Of a DNA stretch of 64,000 bases, positions 26,191 through 37,834 are shown piece by piece. Under the pieces are notes generated by a model, which ran no database searches, had not been told where the DNA came from, and saw only the letters and a program-made list of their open reading frames with translations. The translations under genes were made by a program, and so were the position numbers. Position 1 is the first letter of the stretch. Each line of letters opens with the position of its first letter. The stretch comes from Octopus vulgaris (lineage: Eukaryota): the NCBI GenBank assembly GCA_951406725.2, contig OX597826.1:83638001-83702000 (forward strand). Direction: 5' to 3'.

Positions 26191-27009
26191 GGGTGATGCA
26201 TTGTGCTCTCCATCCACATTACAGTCACACATTACCCGCCTCCCCCGTGTCACTTCTCCCTGTACCCCACCTCCCACAGACTACCCACTGTTTCACTCCT
26301 CTCACTTGTTGACCCCCACCCCCTGACAACTATATCATTTTTATTACTCCTGCTGCTTCCCCCTCCCCACTCTCTTCTACATCCTCAACTCATGGTTCCT
26401 TCCCCACCCACCCTTCAACCCTACCTATTCTGGCAGTCTGCCTCCCACCCACATCATCCTTTCATTCTCTTTCCCATACAGTCTTGCAAACTGATTCCTC
26501 AACTCCCTTTGTGCCTCGTGGGAGCCACCAAGGTGCCTCATCCTGCTTATCTCTTGCAGCTCCTACACTTCATTTCCTTCTTCTCTTCCGTTTTTCCTGC
26601 CAGACTTGAGTTGGAACATTTTGCATTCTGTTGAGGAGGAATAACCGACTTCCTTCCCCATTTGAAAGCATAAGACATTCTATCCACAATAAAAAGCAGT
26701 CAGAGATGGAGCTGACTAACAGTAAGAACAGTGTGTGAAGAGTCTCTGCCATCCTTTCTTCTGCAAGTCAAAGAACAAAGAAGTCCATTGGCAGAGAGGG
26801 AATTCCAGTGAGCCAAGGAAAAACTGGATAAAATGTGAGTCTGATTGTAGAGACACAATGGAAAAGATGAGAAAAGAGAAGACTTGGCTGTACAGAACTG
26901 GTGAGGGGCAGCACTTTACTCCATCTTGTTCAGGGAAGAAGAAATTATTTGAAAAAAAAGTAAAAAGAAGAACTGCATATTTATGAATGAGAAGCTGTGG
27001 AATGTTGAT

Positions 27010-27139
27010 GGTGAGTGAGTGTTAGTGAGTGAGTGAGTGAGTGAGTGAGTGAGTGAGTGAGTGAGTGAGTTAGTGAGTGAGTGAGTGAGTGAGTGAGTGA
27101 GTGAGTGAGTGAGTGAGTGAGTGAGTGAGTGAGTGAGTG
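27010..27139. repeat. (GAGT)n microsatellite
   Basis: Seen directly. Confidence 0.97.
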
Positions 27140-27530
27140 TTTAGCCAATCAAGGGAATGGAATTCTTTTGGAGACAATCAAGAATGTTTCTGTGACTACA
27201 CTGTTCCAAGATGTCGAAGATGGACGACTGAATACATCCTGACGGAGTTGGATCTTCCGATTGTTTAAAAGACAAACAAACCAAAACTGGTTTCACCATT
27301 TTGTCACCGTTTTGTAGCCAGCAGGAAGAAACAGCATGACTGGAAGACAGTCCAGTTGTAAAAATAGTTGTTTCTATGAATAAACCATGACACATTTGGA
27401 ATCATTTGGAAATTGGATGTAAATAACTAAACAAGAGAATGGAATGGAAAGATTGCTGTCTTGAATTAAAACATCTTTCAGCCTCATGTTCTTAGAATCA
27501 CACAACAAAGTTGGTCACGTTATACATGAG

Positions 27531-27584
<54 letters not shown>

Positions 27585-28144
27585 TGCAAATATATAAGGA
27601 TGCATATATACTCATAGAAAGGCTAGTCTTTTACCCCACCCACCAAAAAAAAAAACTATATGGAACCTTGCTCTGGGCTTGAAATTCAAAGCACACTCTG
27701 ACGTAAGCATCCATACACACACATACACACACACACACACACACACCAAAAAAAGGATTAAATATGTAGAACTCTACTTAGTCGATATGAATATGAACAT
27801 TACAAACAAACTTACATTTAACAACATTATTTGGTAACACAAAATTCACTTCCACAAATGTGAAATAAATGACGACCAGGTGTAAGCAAATTAGATGCTA
27901 CAAGTATTATCTGATAATTGAGATAAGCAATTTAAAAGCGTCAGGTAATCCGTTTGTTCCAGGTAGAAATCATAAAAATGTATTAGTTTATTTATATCTA
28001 TGGTTCCAGGCTTTTTTCTAAACTCTTTTGACAATTATTGAGATTATTTCAATGACTTTGTTTTTTTCCAAATACAACTAAAATTGCAAACAACTTTCAC
28101 AGAAAGCAGCATGACTTATGCATCAAAGATTGCAGCTAAAATAT

Positions 28145-28330
28145 TGGTTTCAAATGTTGGCACTGGACCAAGAATTTCAGAGCGGGGCCAGGTTGATTAG
28201 ATTGACCCCAGCACTTGGCTGGTTCTTAATTTATTGATCCCAAAAGGCAAAGTCGACCATGGCAGAATTCGAACTCAGAACCTAAACACAGGTGAGATAC
28301 TTTTTACCCGGCATTCAAACAGCTCTGCCA
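28145..28330 (-). mobile_element. SINE family B
   Basis: AAAGGCAAAGTCGACC..GCAGAATTCGAACTCAGAAC. Confidence 0.75.
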
Positions 28331-28479
28331 AACACAATTATTCTGCAAATTTTCTACTGCTGTGATTTAAATAAAAGTTTCAAAAGACATTCAGGAAATT
28401 TAACAAACAATTTTTATTATCAAATTTATTTTACCATTTCCTTTGACACTGTACAAGAATTGGGGGTTCGAGAATGGTA

Positions 28480-29065
28480 TTTTGATGCCTTCTGCTTTTT
28501 ACCTTCACGGTTCAAAAACACTTTCTGGACATCGAGTGGACCAACTGAACTGACGAAAATAAGGTTCCAGTCCCTGCCCAGATACCCAACCTTTCCATCT
28601 GGCTTCTACAACGTTTCTGCTGGTTTGGTCAGTTACACCCACAAGTTAGATGGATGGACCCACAAGGGCCGGCTGCAACAGGAGTTGGCGTCTGGCAAAA
28701 GGGCACAGACATAATGCTACCTTCAGGTTAGAGATGTCTGCAAGAGAAACATGATGTCACTGAACATAAATGTTGAAGGGTAACAGAACATTGCAAAAAC
28801 TCTCACTGAAAGCTGGAACCAGGCAGGAATTTGAAGAAAATAAAGGAAAGCTGAATCTGAGGCCTACAGATGAAGAAAAGCGACAGCAAAAATAAAAGCA
28901 AGGTTGATACAACATGAGTAGAAGATGTCTTCAAATGTCATCCCTGCAGTCAGGGAATGTGTTTGCTGTGGTTTGCTGCTGTCAGAGGAGACAGTCCTTT
29001 ATCAACAAAACAATGGGCCACGGCTTCTTAGGAACAGACTCATCAGACTGTCAGACAAAATGCAT
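28480..29065 (+). mobile_element. Degenerate RTE LINE 3' part (second RTE family)
   Basis: Remnants WFG..DG..QELASGKRA..DVCKRNMMSLNI and a terminal Cys cluster. Confidence 0.6.
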
Positions 29066-29859
29066 CACAAACAGATATGCATGGTGTGTGTGTGTGTGTG
29101 TGTGCGTGTGTACGTGCGTGTGTATGTGTGTGTGCATGTGTGTGTGAGTGTGTTTGAGTGTCTGTATGTGTGTGTGCATATGCATCTATCTTCCTCTCTT
29201 TCTGTCTATCTATATGTGTATGTGTGTATAAGTATATATGTACACTTATATATAGATATATATATATATATATATATATAGGGAGAGAGAGAGAGAGGGG
29301 GGGAGACAGACAAACAGAAAGAGAGAGAGAGGAATAGTTTTTATGTTTTGGGAAAACAACTCTTTTGAAGTGCAGCTACGCATAATAAACACATCTGGAT
29401 TGATTTTATGTTATAAACTTTTTTCCTGCAATACGAACTGTTAATTACTGTTTCACCTGATAAATACACACCTGGTCTATTTTGTATTCTATCTTCGCAG
29501 TTTGAAATGGCAAGAGAAAGTGTAAACAATAAGCATAACTGTTGCAGTTTGCATTTCCAATCTACCTGTCTTCACCTGATATAAGGTCAACAAACTCTTA
29601 AGCGGAAATTGCAAATTGCGACTTATCTAAAAATGAGGCCATCACAAACAAAACAAAAAAGAAACAATCCTATCTGGCTTGCACAGCTTCACCATTTTAT
29701 GGTAAGGCTGTCTGTTCTTTAGAATATAGGAACACAAAAAAATCTTTTATTCCTTCGATACCAATCTACTTGAGACAGATTCTGGTTCTAATACAAAATC
29801 TTTCATGCTTAAGATTTTTCTTATTATTATTAAGTTCTAAACACCAGTTTTCTAATGAT

Positions 29860-30055
29860 TCCAAATTTTGGTACAAGGCCAGCAAGTTTAAAAGAAGGGG
29901 TCAGTCGATTGCATTGACCCCATTACTCAGCCAGTGATTATTTTAATGACCCCCAAAAAGATGCAAATGTGCCTCAGTGAAATTTGAATTCAGAACACAG
30001 AGAACCAAATGAAATGCCGATAAGCATTTTGTCAGATGTGCTAATGATTCCACCT
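29860..30055 (-). mobile_element. SINE family B
   Basis: TTTTGGTACAAGGCCAGCAA..ATTGACCCC..AATTTGAATTCAGAAC. Confidence 0.7.
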
Positions 30056-30989
30056 TAAATACCAGTTTAATTATGAAAATGCTAATTATTTCACTAATCC
30101 CTCCAGATTATTGATTATTTTCAAAATCATTAAAACGTATTGGCAACACATTTCATAATGAAAAATGGTGAGAAAAATGTTAAGATTCCCTGGAATTTCA
30201 AAATGGAGAGATTCGCAGAAAGATAAACGGAATATAGAAAGGAGAGACTGTATCAATCCAAAACAGATTATACTCAGACTTTATGATGAAAGGCAATCAA
30301 ACCATGACCCTCACTGTCATTTCTTTCTTTCAGGTATAGTAAACCAAGGACAAAATTTCCCATTGTCCCCTTTTTCAGGTGACAGGGTAAGGCCTGAGGG
30401 TCAGCTTTAATAACAGGTCACATGACAGCACACAAGTTACTCCAGCTTGACACAGAACTGTGGCAACTGTATATTGTGTGCTTTGCTAGACTACTTTCAC
30501 AGAGTGGAAGGGAACTGTCTTATCTCTGTCTTCGATAAGGAATCCCTGCTGAAATATCTTCCATAATTCAAAAGATTACAAGGATACAATAATGTATCCT
30601 CAAGGTTAAATCTGGAACCAAGGTGAGCCAAGGTGAATGACATCGTCAAACACACACATCCACTAAATGGGCATTAGTGACCGAGCCTAATGGTTAAAAC
30701 TAGTAAGTGGGTGTGTGTGAGTGTATATGACGACGACGATGATGATGATGATCATCATCATCATTTAATGTCCACCTTTCCATGTTTTCAATGGTCAGAT
30801 GGAATTTGTTGAGGCAGATTTTTTACAGCCGGATGCCCTTCCTGTTGCCAACCCTCACACACACACACACACACGCACTCACAACACACACTCAGACACA
30901 CACACATGTAGGTTTTCTATGACCAGGTGCCATTCCTATCATCAACCTTCACCTATTTCCAAGCAACGTAAGAAACAAGTTTCTTCATC

Positions 30990-32560
30990 ACACAACTTTC
31001 TGTAAAACGTGTTTGAAATGATGTCAGAATATATTCCACACATCTTTGTATCTCCTCATCATCTTTGACAATATTTTTAATGATTTATTTCCAAAATTCT
31101 TCAAAATATCAACAAAATACAAACTTTCTTATTTCCTTTCTCTTTTGTATATTGTGCTTTATAGTCCAAACATTTGTTCACCAAATTCTGTGCAGTTTTG
31201 AAACCTCCTTGCTCCTCCTGCAGCATTCTGTCAACAATGGATTCAGCGCCAACTCTATAGAACATCTTCATAACCAAATGTAAGAGAATAACATCATTCT
31301 GGTTCTAACACTCAGACAGGTTTCCCTTCTATTTTTTAGTTTTTTTTTAAAAATATTTTTTTGTAATTTCTTTTTCCCAATCTCAGGAAATTCCACTTGT
31401 TCCCTAAATGCAATTAAACAGTTTTGTGAATACAATTAATGTTATGGTTCTATCAATTTTTACCATTTTGGTTGTGCTTCCCTCTAACAATCCCTTGATG
31501 GCTTTCAAGCATTTCTTACCTTAGCAAATGTCATCTCCTTTGTCTCAATATTCAGATCCTGTTCAGATGGAAAGACATTTTCTTCATTTCTATGGAACTG
31601 GTATGTCTTTTACTGCTTCCTTCTTTCTTTTTTCTTTATCTTTATTCAGTAAGTTCCTTTCTATAAACAGAAGTTCTCTGTTTTTCGTAGCCATAATTTC
31701 TTTAATAGATTGTTAAACTAATCCTCCTCCCCTCCCCCCCCCCCCTTCATTTGAGATTCAGTTTTATCTTCGTTTGTCATTCAAGTGTTTTCTCTTATCA
31801 CTTTCTCTGAGTCTTTTTATTTCACTATTAACACTTCCATATTCGGTTCTTAGAATTGGTAATCTTTGATTATAATTACTTACAGTTTCACATTCAAGTT
31901 TCGCTCTCTTCCTTTTTCTCTATCATGTCCCAAGCTTTATTTCTAATTCCTCTTTCTTCATTTCTAAGTGTTATTTTTACTTCTTCTCGAATATCATTTC
32001 ACATCTTCCCAATCTCCTCTCCATCCTTTCATATCTCTACAACAATAAATTTATCACAACATCCTCACATAAACACTTTTACATACTCATTACTTCTCAT
32101 TTTCTTTATGTCAGACCTTGAAGTCAAAATTCTACTTATCATCCTTGATGTTTTCTTGGAATTTGGCAGTTGTTCCTTGCTGCCAATACCAACTTCTCTC
32201 TCATATTTTTTAGTGAGGTCTTATGTTATTTATCAGCTGCAGTACAATCAATTTAATCCCAATCTTTCCTGCCGAGATAAATCCAAGTATATTGATGTAT
32301 ATTCCATTGCTCCAAAAAATAATTGCCACATCCAGTTCTAATCATTTTCTCCATTCTTTGATTTCAAAAAACATTAAGAAAAACCAGAATTGCAGTTTTG
32401 TTACTTCAGAATTAAAGTTTTCTATTCATAGCAATAAATCCATTTGTTATTTTCCCAACTGCTCTTGAACTTTTCTATAAAATTCCTCTTTCTTATTACC
32501 ATTTGTTGTTTCCTTTTCAGTGACATACAAATATACCAACATTTCCACTGGCAGATCTAA
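30990..32560 (-). mobile_element. Very degenerate LINE-like (possibly L1/Tx1) ORF2 remnant
   Basis: Long strand-biased tract (A-rich on minus) with only faint motif resemblance. Confidence 0.3.
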
Positions 32561-33301
32561 ATCAAGCGTGCAAAATCTCCTCTCGTCCTTTAGTTTTTCA
32601 GACGTTTGTTATAATAAAGACAAAATTAATCTTTTTTATTAACAATTTTCCATAATTCTTTGTCAGTTCTGCATGTTTAGTTTCAAACAATCGTGTTCCG
32701 AAAGCTATGAACATTTTCAAGATGTGTCATTCACGTCACAAAGGGTCAGGGGAATAATGTTATATCTGATAAAATTATCAATGCTACATTCAAAATTGTT
32801 TATCACTCAATTTGCGATAAACTTCATCCTATATTTTATGTTTGTTGTATCTGTGTGAGGAATTTTGGTTATTTTGCTTAAATAAATCTCCCATAAAAAT
32901 CTGTTTTTTTGTTGTTGTTTGTGGTGGAGTGGGTGGAATTCTTTATTGGTAGTGCTAACAACAGATGTTCTTCTTTGTTTCATGCCCTGAATATACCAAG
33001 GGGCTGCAATGTGCTCCTTGTCATAATTGCTTCATCAACCAACAAGAAACTCTCATAGAAGTTTGAATCAAGAATTTCCCAATTTTGAGGTTTGCATCGA
33101 ACATTCTGTATTGCCCCAGGGTTTAAGTGAAAACCACAGTCTGTGGCTTTGTTTATCCTAAGGCTGTGACAGTATTTGCAGAAAGGGATTGAACCAGATA
33201 ACCGATGGTTGTGAAGTGAACTCCTTACCACACAGCCAGGCCTGCATGATACAACATACACAGATACATACATATATCAGCACACATTCATACACACACA
33301 C

Positions 33302-33578
33302 AGGCTCTCCAGTTACGGTGACGGTTGCACCAGTTGATGTGGTTGAGCACTCCATGGACACATGTACTCTCAATGTGGTTCTCATGGAGATTCAGTGTAA
33401 TGTGACAAGGCTGACCCTTCAAAATACAGGTACAACTTACTTTTGCCAGCTGAGTGGACTGGGGCAACGGGAAATAAAGTAACTTGCTCAAGGACATAAT
33501 GCACAGCCAGGAATCGAACTCACCACCTCGTGATGACAAGCCAAATACACTAACCACTTAGCCATGCACTTTCACCAC
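33302..33578 (-). mobile_element. tRNA-derived SINE, family D (CORE/Meta-like central domain)
   Basis: TGGCTAAGTGGTT A box, GAGTTCGATTCC B box, GTCCTTGAGCAAG..CCAGTCCACTCAGCTG. Related copy at 46046. Confidence 0.8.
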
Positions 33579-33596
33579 CTACATACATACATACAT

Positions 33597-34130
33597 GGTG
33601 GCTGCCCCCTTGTTATCGAGTATGGCCATTGCACAAAGCTTAATCAATGTTGTTATTGTGCAATGCCTGTGCAAAAAGATTTTTTTTAAAGTGGGGAAAG
33701 GCTGTGCACTGAGTCAATCCCACTCACTAAGCAACAGCAGCCATAATCCGAAAAGGAGAACAAGTCAACATCATCAGTAACCACTGGGCCACAGGTTTTA
33801 TGTTGGAGTTATCCCAGTTACCTGAGTTACCTTCTCCTAGAAGGACGCCCTAACAAAGGCTAGGAGTCCTTCACTCCCAATGGTTTAACTGCGCAATCGG
33901 GTATTCAGTCCGATTATTTCTATGTCCCCACGCATGATGCAGCCTTAAGACATTTATTGGATGGCCATTGACTCTCAAGAGTTCCTTCGCCCTTTGACAG
34001 GTTGTCCAATAAACACCCTCCTCACCAAGCAAGCTTGGTGGGGTTGCCAGTTTAGTCACCGAAGACCCGACCATGCAACAGGTTGTACTGGGTTACATGT
34101 TACCAGTAGCACTCGAAAGTGACCTGACAT
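33597..34130. mobile_element. ~530-bp non-coding element inserted in (CATA)n
   Basis: GC-richer complex sequence flanked on both sides by ACATACAT repeats. Confidence 0.55.
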
Positions 34131-34135
34131 AAACA

Positions 34136-34169
<34 letters not shown>

Positions 34170-34943
34170 ACATATACATACATACATATACACATATACA
34201 TTTGTACATTCATACATACGTATGTACATACATATATGCATACACACATACATATATACATACATACACACATATATAACATACATATACACTCATATGT
34301 ACATACATAAGTTACATACACACACATACGTATATACACAACATACATACAAACACATATGTCTGCATTATTTTCGGGGTCAAACGAGATTTGTTTACAT
34401 TAGATTTTCCTCTGATTTATATAAGTTGTGGGAATTTATCTATATCAATTCCCACAACAAATTTATGAATAAATACATATAAATATATAATATGAAACAC
34501 ATATACTAACCATGTGTATATGTGTATATACTGCCACAAACATCTTTATGAATAAATACATATACACACACACACACACATATATATATACATACAGTGC
34601 AGACACTGTGTGTGTTTATGTGCATCTACAAGAGTGTGTATGTGTGTGCATTGGGATTTACACATGAATACATGAGTCTGTCAAGGATCACAGCTCTGAC
34701 ACTTAATGTATTCATTTTTCTACAGTCATGTGACATATAAGTCATGTGACACTTGTTAATACTGTAGCTTTAAGCTTCCTTCAGCCCCTATTTAAATGGC
34801 TTAATTATCGCAAGAAGCTTGCTATTAACCCATTCTTTCAAATCTCTCAACAGGAAATTAGTTTAAGATTCTTATCAAGGGATACAGGGAGTAAAAACTT
34901 TTTCCTTCTAATACACACACAGACCCACAAACATACGAACATG

Positions 34944-34975
<32 letters not shown>

Positions 34976-35224
34976 CTCGAACACACATGAACACACACAT
35001 ACAGTCTTTTCACAGATGAGGATACAACATTATCCTTCAGTGGCTCACGTGGCATTATTCTCAGCTAATAAAAGATTACATATACTCTACTTTATGTATA
35101 TGCATGTATATATATATATATAGAGAGAGAGAGATAAAACTTACTTGGAAATGGATGCATGGCATTTGATCATATAATATTTTGTTACCACTTTAACCGT
35201 CCACAAAAAATCCCGAATTTTATT

Positions 35225-35392
35225 TAATTTGCTTTGCAAAAAGGCCTGTTTTAATGAAGTGACGTCTTGTCCCTACCTTTGAAATGTGGAGTAGATAAAA
35301 CAGGGAACAACTGATGAAGGGAATGTTCTTTATGTTGCCTGTCACGTTTCTCATTCTGTTGACATTTCTTTGATGTCCTGTACCATATATGC
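35225..35392 (+). mobile_element. Short repeat carrying a permuted hammerhead motif
   Basis: Same layout as 36480-36700. Ends CCTGTACCATATA. Confidence 0.75.
35261..35321 (+). ncRNA. Non-circularly permuted hammerhead ribozyme candidate
   Basis: GACGU C|UUGUCCCU A CCUUU GAAA UGUG ..AGGGAACAA CUGAUGA AGGG. Confidence 0.7.
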
Positions 35393-35504
35393 ATGTATAT
35401 ATATATATACGTATATATGTAAGCATATACACGTATGTATGTATGTATGTATATAAGCATATATTTATATATTATTTATATTATATATATATGTATACAT
35501 ATAT

Positions 35505-35913
35505 CGACCTACTGTGCTTGAGGAGACCAATTGAGTCAAGTACATCAACATCAAAATAAAAATCAAATGGAAATTGTAGTTGTGCGCCCCAAGCCGGTGG
35601 CACGTAAAAAGCACCATCTAAACATGGCCGATGCCAGTGCTGCCTTGATTGGCTTCCATGCCAGCGGCACGTAAAAAGCACCAACCGATTGTGGCCATTT
35701 GCCATCCTCCGCTGGCCCCTGTGCTGGTGGCATGTAAAAAGTACCCACTACACTCACAGAGGGGCTGGTGTTAGGAAGGGCATCCAGCTTTAGAAACACT
35801 GCCAGATAAGACTGGAGCCTGGTGCAGCTTCCTGGCTTCCCAGACCCTGGTCGAACGTCCAACCCATGCTAGCATGGAAAACGGACATTAAACGATGATG
35901 ATGATGATGATGA
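35505..35913 (+). mobile_element. RTE 3' UTR/tail copy with (GAT)n
   Basis: Matches 59710-60213, including the GGTGGCACGTAAAAAGCACC units. Confidence 0.9.
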
Positions 35914-36028
35914 TATATCATTTGTGGAAAACATAAATCTGAAAGAAGCACACTCTAAGATGTAGAGCAGGACAAAAATAGGGATGGCTGGTTTATTTTT
36001 AAGGGGTCTTGGGCGAACAGGTCTTTCA

Positions 36029-36085
36029 GATCTGACGATACACCATAAAGCTAAACCCTTTGTGAATGAGAAACTTAAGGTAATC
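36029..36085 (+). ncRNA. Type I hammerhead ribozyme candidate
   Basis: GAU CUGACGA..CAUAAAG/CUUUGUG..GAAA CUUAAG GUA AUC. Outer helix GGCUGGUUUAU (35986-35996) pairs with AUAAACCAGUC (36088-36098). Confidence 0.6.
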
Positions 36086-36123
36086 ACATAAACCAGTCTT
36101 TCCCATTTTTAATACATACATAC

Positions 36124-36180
<57 letters not shown>

Positions 36181-36191
36181 GATTCTATTTT

Positions 36192-36245
36192 AACAAAAAC
36201 TGTCTGACGAACGGGAACGTGAAACTCCGAGTAACAGGCTTTGTT
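36192..36245 (+). ncRNA. Intact minimal type I hammerhead ribozyme
   Basis: AACAAA-AA-CUGU CUGACGA ACG-GGAA-CGU GAAA CUC-C-GAG UA| ACAG-GC-UUUGUU. Perfect core, predicted cleavage after 36233. Confidence 0.88.
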
Positions 36246-36334
36246 GAATTTCTGCTGCTTTTAAATAAAGCATATTACTCTACCTCTTTTCTCCACCTTG
36301 TTTCACATTTATGTATTTACTCCGGTATATATAT

Positions 36335-36696
36335 AAAAAAGCCCTCATTGTTGGTTTCCTTGTCCTGTTTTTATGCTTTATATGTTCTGTATTTTTTATT
36401 TTTTGTATTGCTTTTACGTCCTGTTCTTGTCACTTTCTTTCCTTTTTTTTACTCCTCTGCAAAAAGAATTTTATTTAATTCATTTTGCAGGAAGGACTGC
36501 TTCGGCCGGATCATGTTCTGCCCTTACCTTCGAAACACGCATTGAGTTGAACCAGGGGCAGCTGATGAAGGGGAATATTCCTTGTATTGTTTGTCTTGTA
36601 CTCTGTTTTTTTCGTTGTTAAAAAAAGTCCGTTTCCTTGTTTGTTTTTATGTTTTCTTTTCTCGTTGTGTTCTACGTTTATTTGTGGTGTCCTGTA

Positions 36697-36700
<4 letters not shown>
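36335..36700 (+). mobile_element. (TA)n-embedded repeat (putative PLE pLTR / retrozyme-like unit) with permuted hammerhead
   Basis: T-rich flanks around a GC-rich core. Ends CCTGTACTCA(TA)n. Confidence 0.7.
36512..36573 (+). ncRNA. Non-circularly permuted hammerhead ribozyme candidate (best copy)
   Basis: CAUGU U|CUGCCCUU A CCUUC GAAA CACG ..AGGGGCAG CUGAUGA AGGGG, with an 8-bp stem I. Confidence 0.75.
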
Positions 36701-36740
<40 letters not shown>

Positions 36741-36835
36741 TGTATATATACATATAGATGTAGGTATGTACATATATGTATGTATGCATATATTTTATTT
36801 GTTAAATTGTTATTATATATATATATATATATATA

Positions 36836-37570
36836 ATGGTTGTATACTGTCAATCTAACAAGAACGTGACAGTAGGGGGTACACCACCATTATATAGCCC
36901 TAGGAGGTATCGAACGCCTCCTGACAGCTTCAACACATTTTATCCTGTGTCCTTATATACACATACGAAGGGGAGACAAACACCCCCAACTGCCGGAACT
37001 GCATCTAGGAAACTCTTCAATAGACACAATTTAAAAATTAGTTTTAGTTCAACTACCAATTTTAAAAACATAATCAATCATAACATACAAAAAACACAAG
37101 AAGAAAACAGCTGTTCATGCAGGAATAAAGAATTGTGCCCGCTAAATGGAGCTTGCATGTCCAAGACCATCATATATGAAGCTACCGTAAACTCTATAAC
37201 CACTAAAGACACCGTTTCGACGAAGAAATACGTGGGCCTGACAGAGGGTAATTTCAAGGCCAGGTTCAATAACCACACTTTGAGCTTTAGGCACTGGAAC
37301 AAAAGAAAAGCGACACAATTATCCAATCATATTTGGTCTTTAAGAGATAAAGGTGTCGATTATAACATACAATGGAAGATTTTGGCCAGATGTAAGCCCT
37401 ACACTAACGGCAGCGGAAGGTGCGGTTTATGCGACATGGAGAGATGGCTTATCTGGAAAAGCAGCTTAGACCCTACCACATGTCTAAATACAAGGACAGA
37501 GCTTTTCGGATCATACCCACATGTGACTAAATTTCTGTTACGTTTTTGGTCCCCTAAAGAAAACGGATAG
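36836..37570 (+). CDS. GIY-YIG endonuclease ORF of a Penelope-like element (244 aa, no RT)
   Basis: CSCRNKELCPLNGAC, IIYEA..YVGLTE..FKARFNNH, WKIL, CGLC..E, LNTRTE. This Cys pattern resembles Hydra-clade PLEs (from recall, not tested). Confidence 0.8.
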   Translation: MVVYCQSNKNVTVGGTPPLYSPRRYRTPPDSFNTFYPVSLYTHTKGRQTPPTAGTASRKLFNRHNLKISFSSTTNFKNIINHNIQKTQEENSCSCRNKELCPLNGACMSKTIIYEATVNSITTKDTVSTKKYVGLTEGNFKARFNNHTLSFRHWNKRKATQLSNHIWSLRDKGVDYNIQWKILARCKPYTNGSGRCGLCDMERWLIWKSSLDPTTCLNTRTELFGSYPHVTKFLLRFWSPKENG

Positions 37571-37761
37571 AACATGCTTTCTGTGTTATGTCCCAAGAAG
37601 ATTTTATATATTTTTATAAATATTTTTATATATTTTTATGTATTTTTATATAATTTTTATGACGAAAAATGCGAGCGATGTATAAGTACGCAGGCAAAGC
37701 AGAGTTATAACAGAGTAATTTCCCTTCATTTTTAACGGTATTTTTTCATAACGTTTTCAAA

Positions 37762-37834
37762 TAGCCAGATAACCGAAGAGATGGTGTTGTGGATTTCCAC
37801 TTCGGCATCTGAAACTCAGAGTTTTATCTTGACT
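37762..37834 (+). ncRNA. Type I hammerhead motif (U4>C) in the PLE 3' pLTR
   Basis: AGAUAA CCGAAGA GAUG..CAUC U GAAA CUC-A-GAG UU UUAUCU. Confidence 0.7.

Noticed and set aside
33745-33782. CTGATGA on the minus strand in the CATA-flanked element
   Set aside because: No GAAA segment with a matching stem.
34425-34458. 12-bp perfect hairpin GTTGTGGGAATT/AATTCCCACAAC
   Set aside because: Real but isolated, with no context to assign a function.
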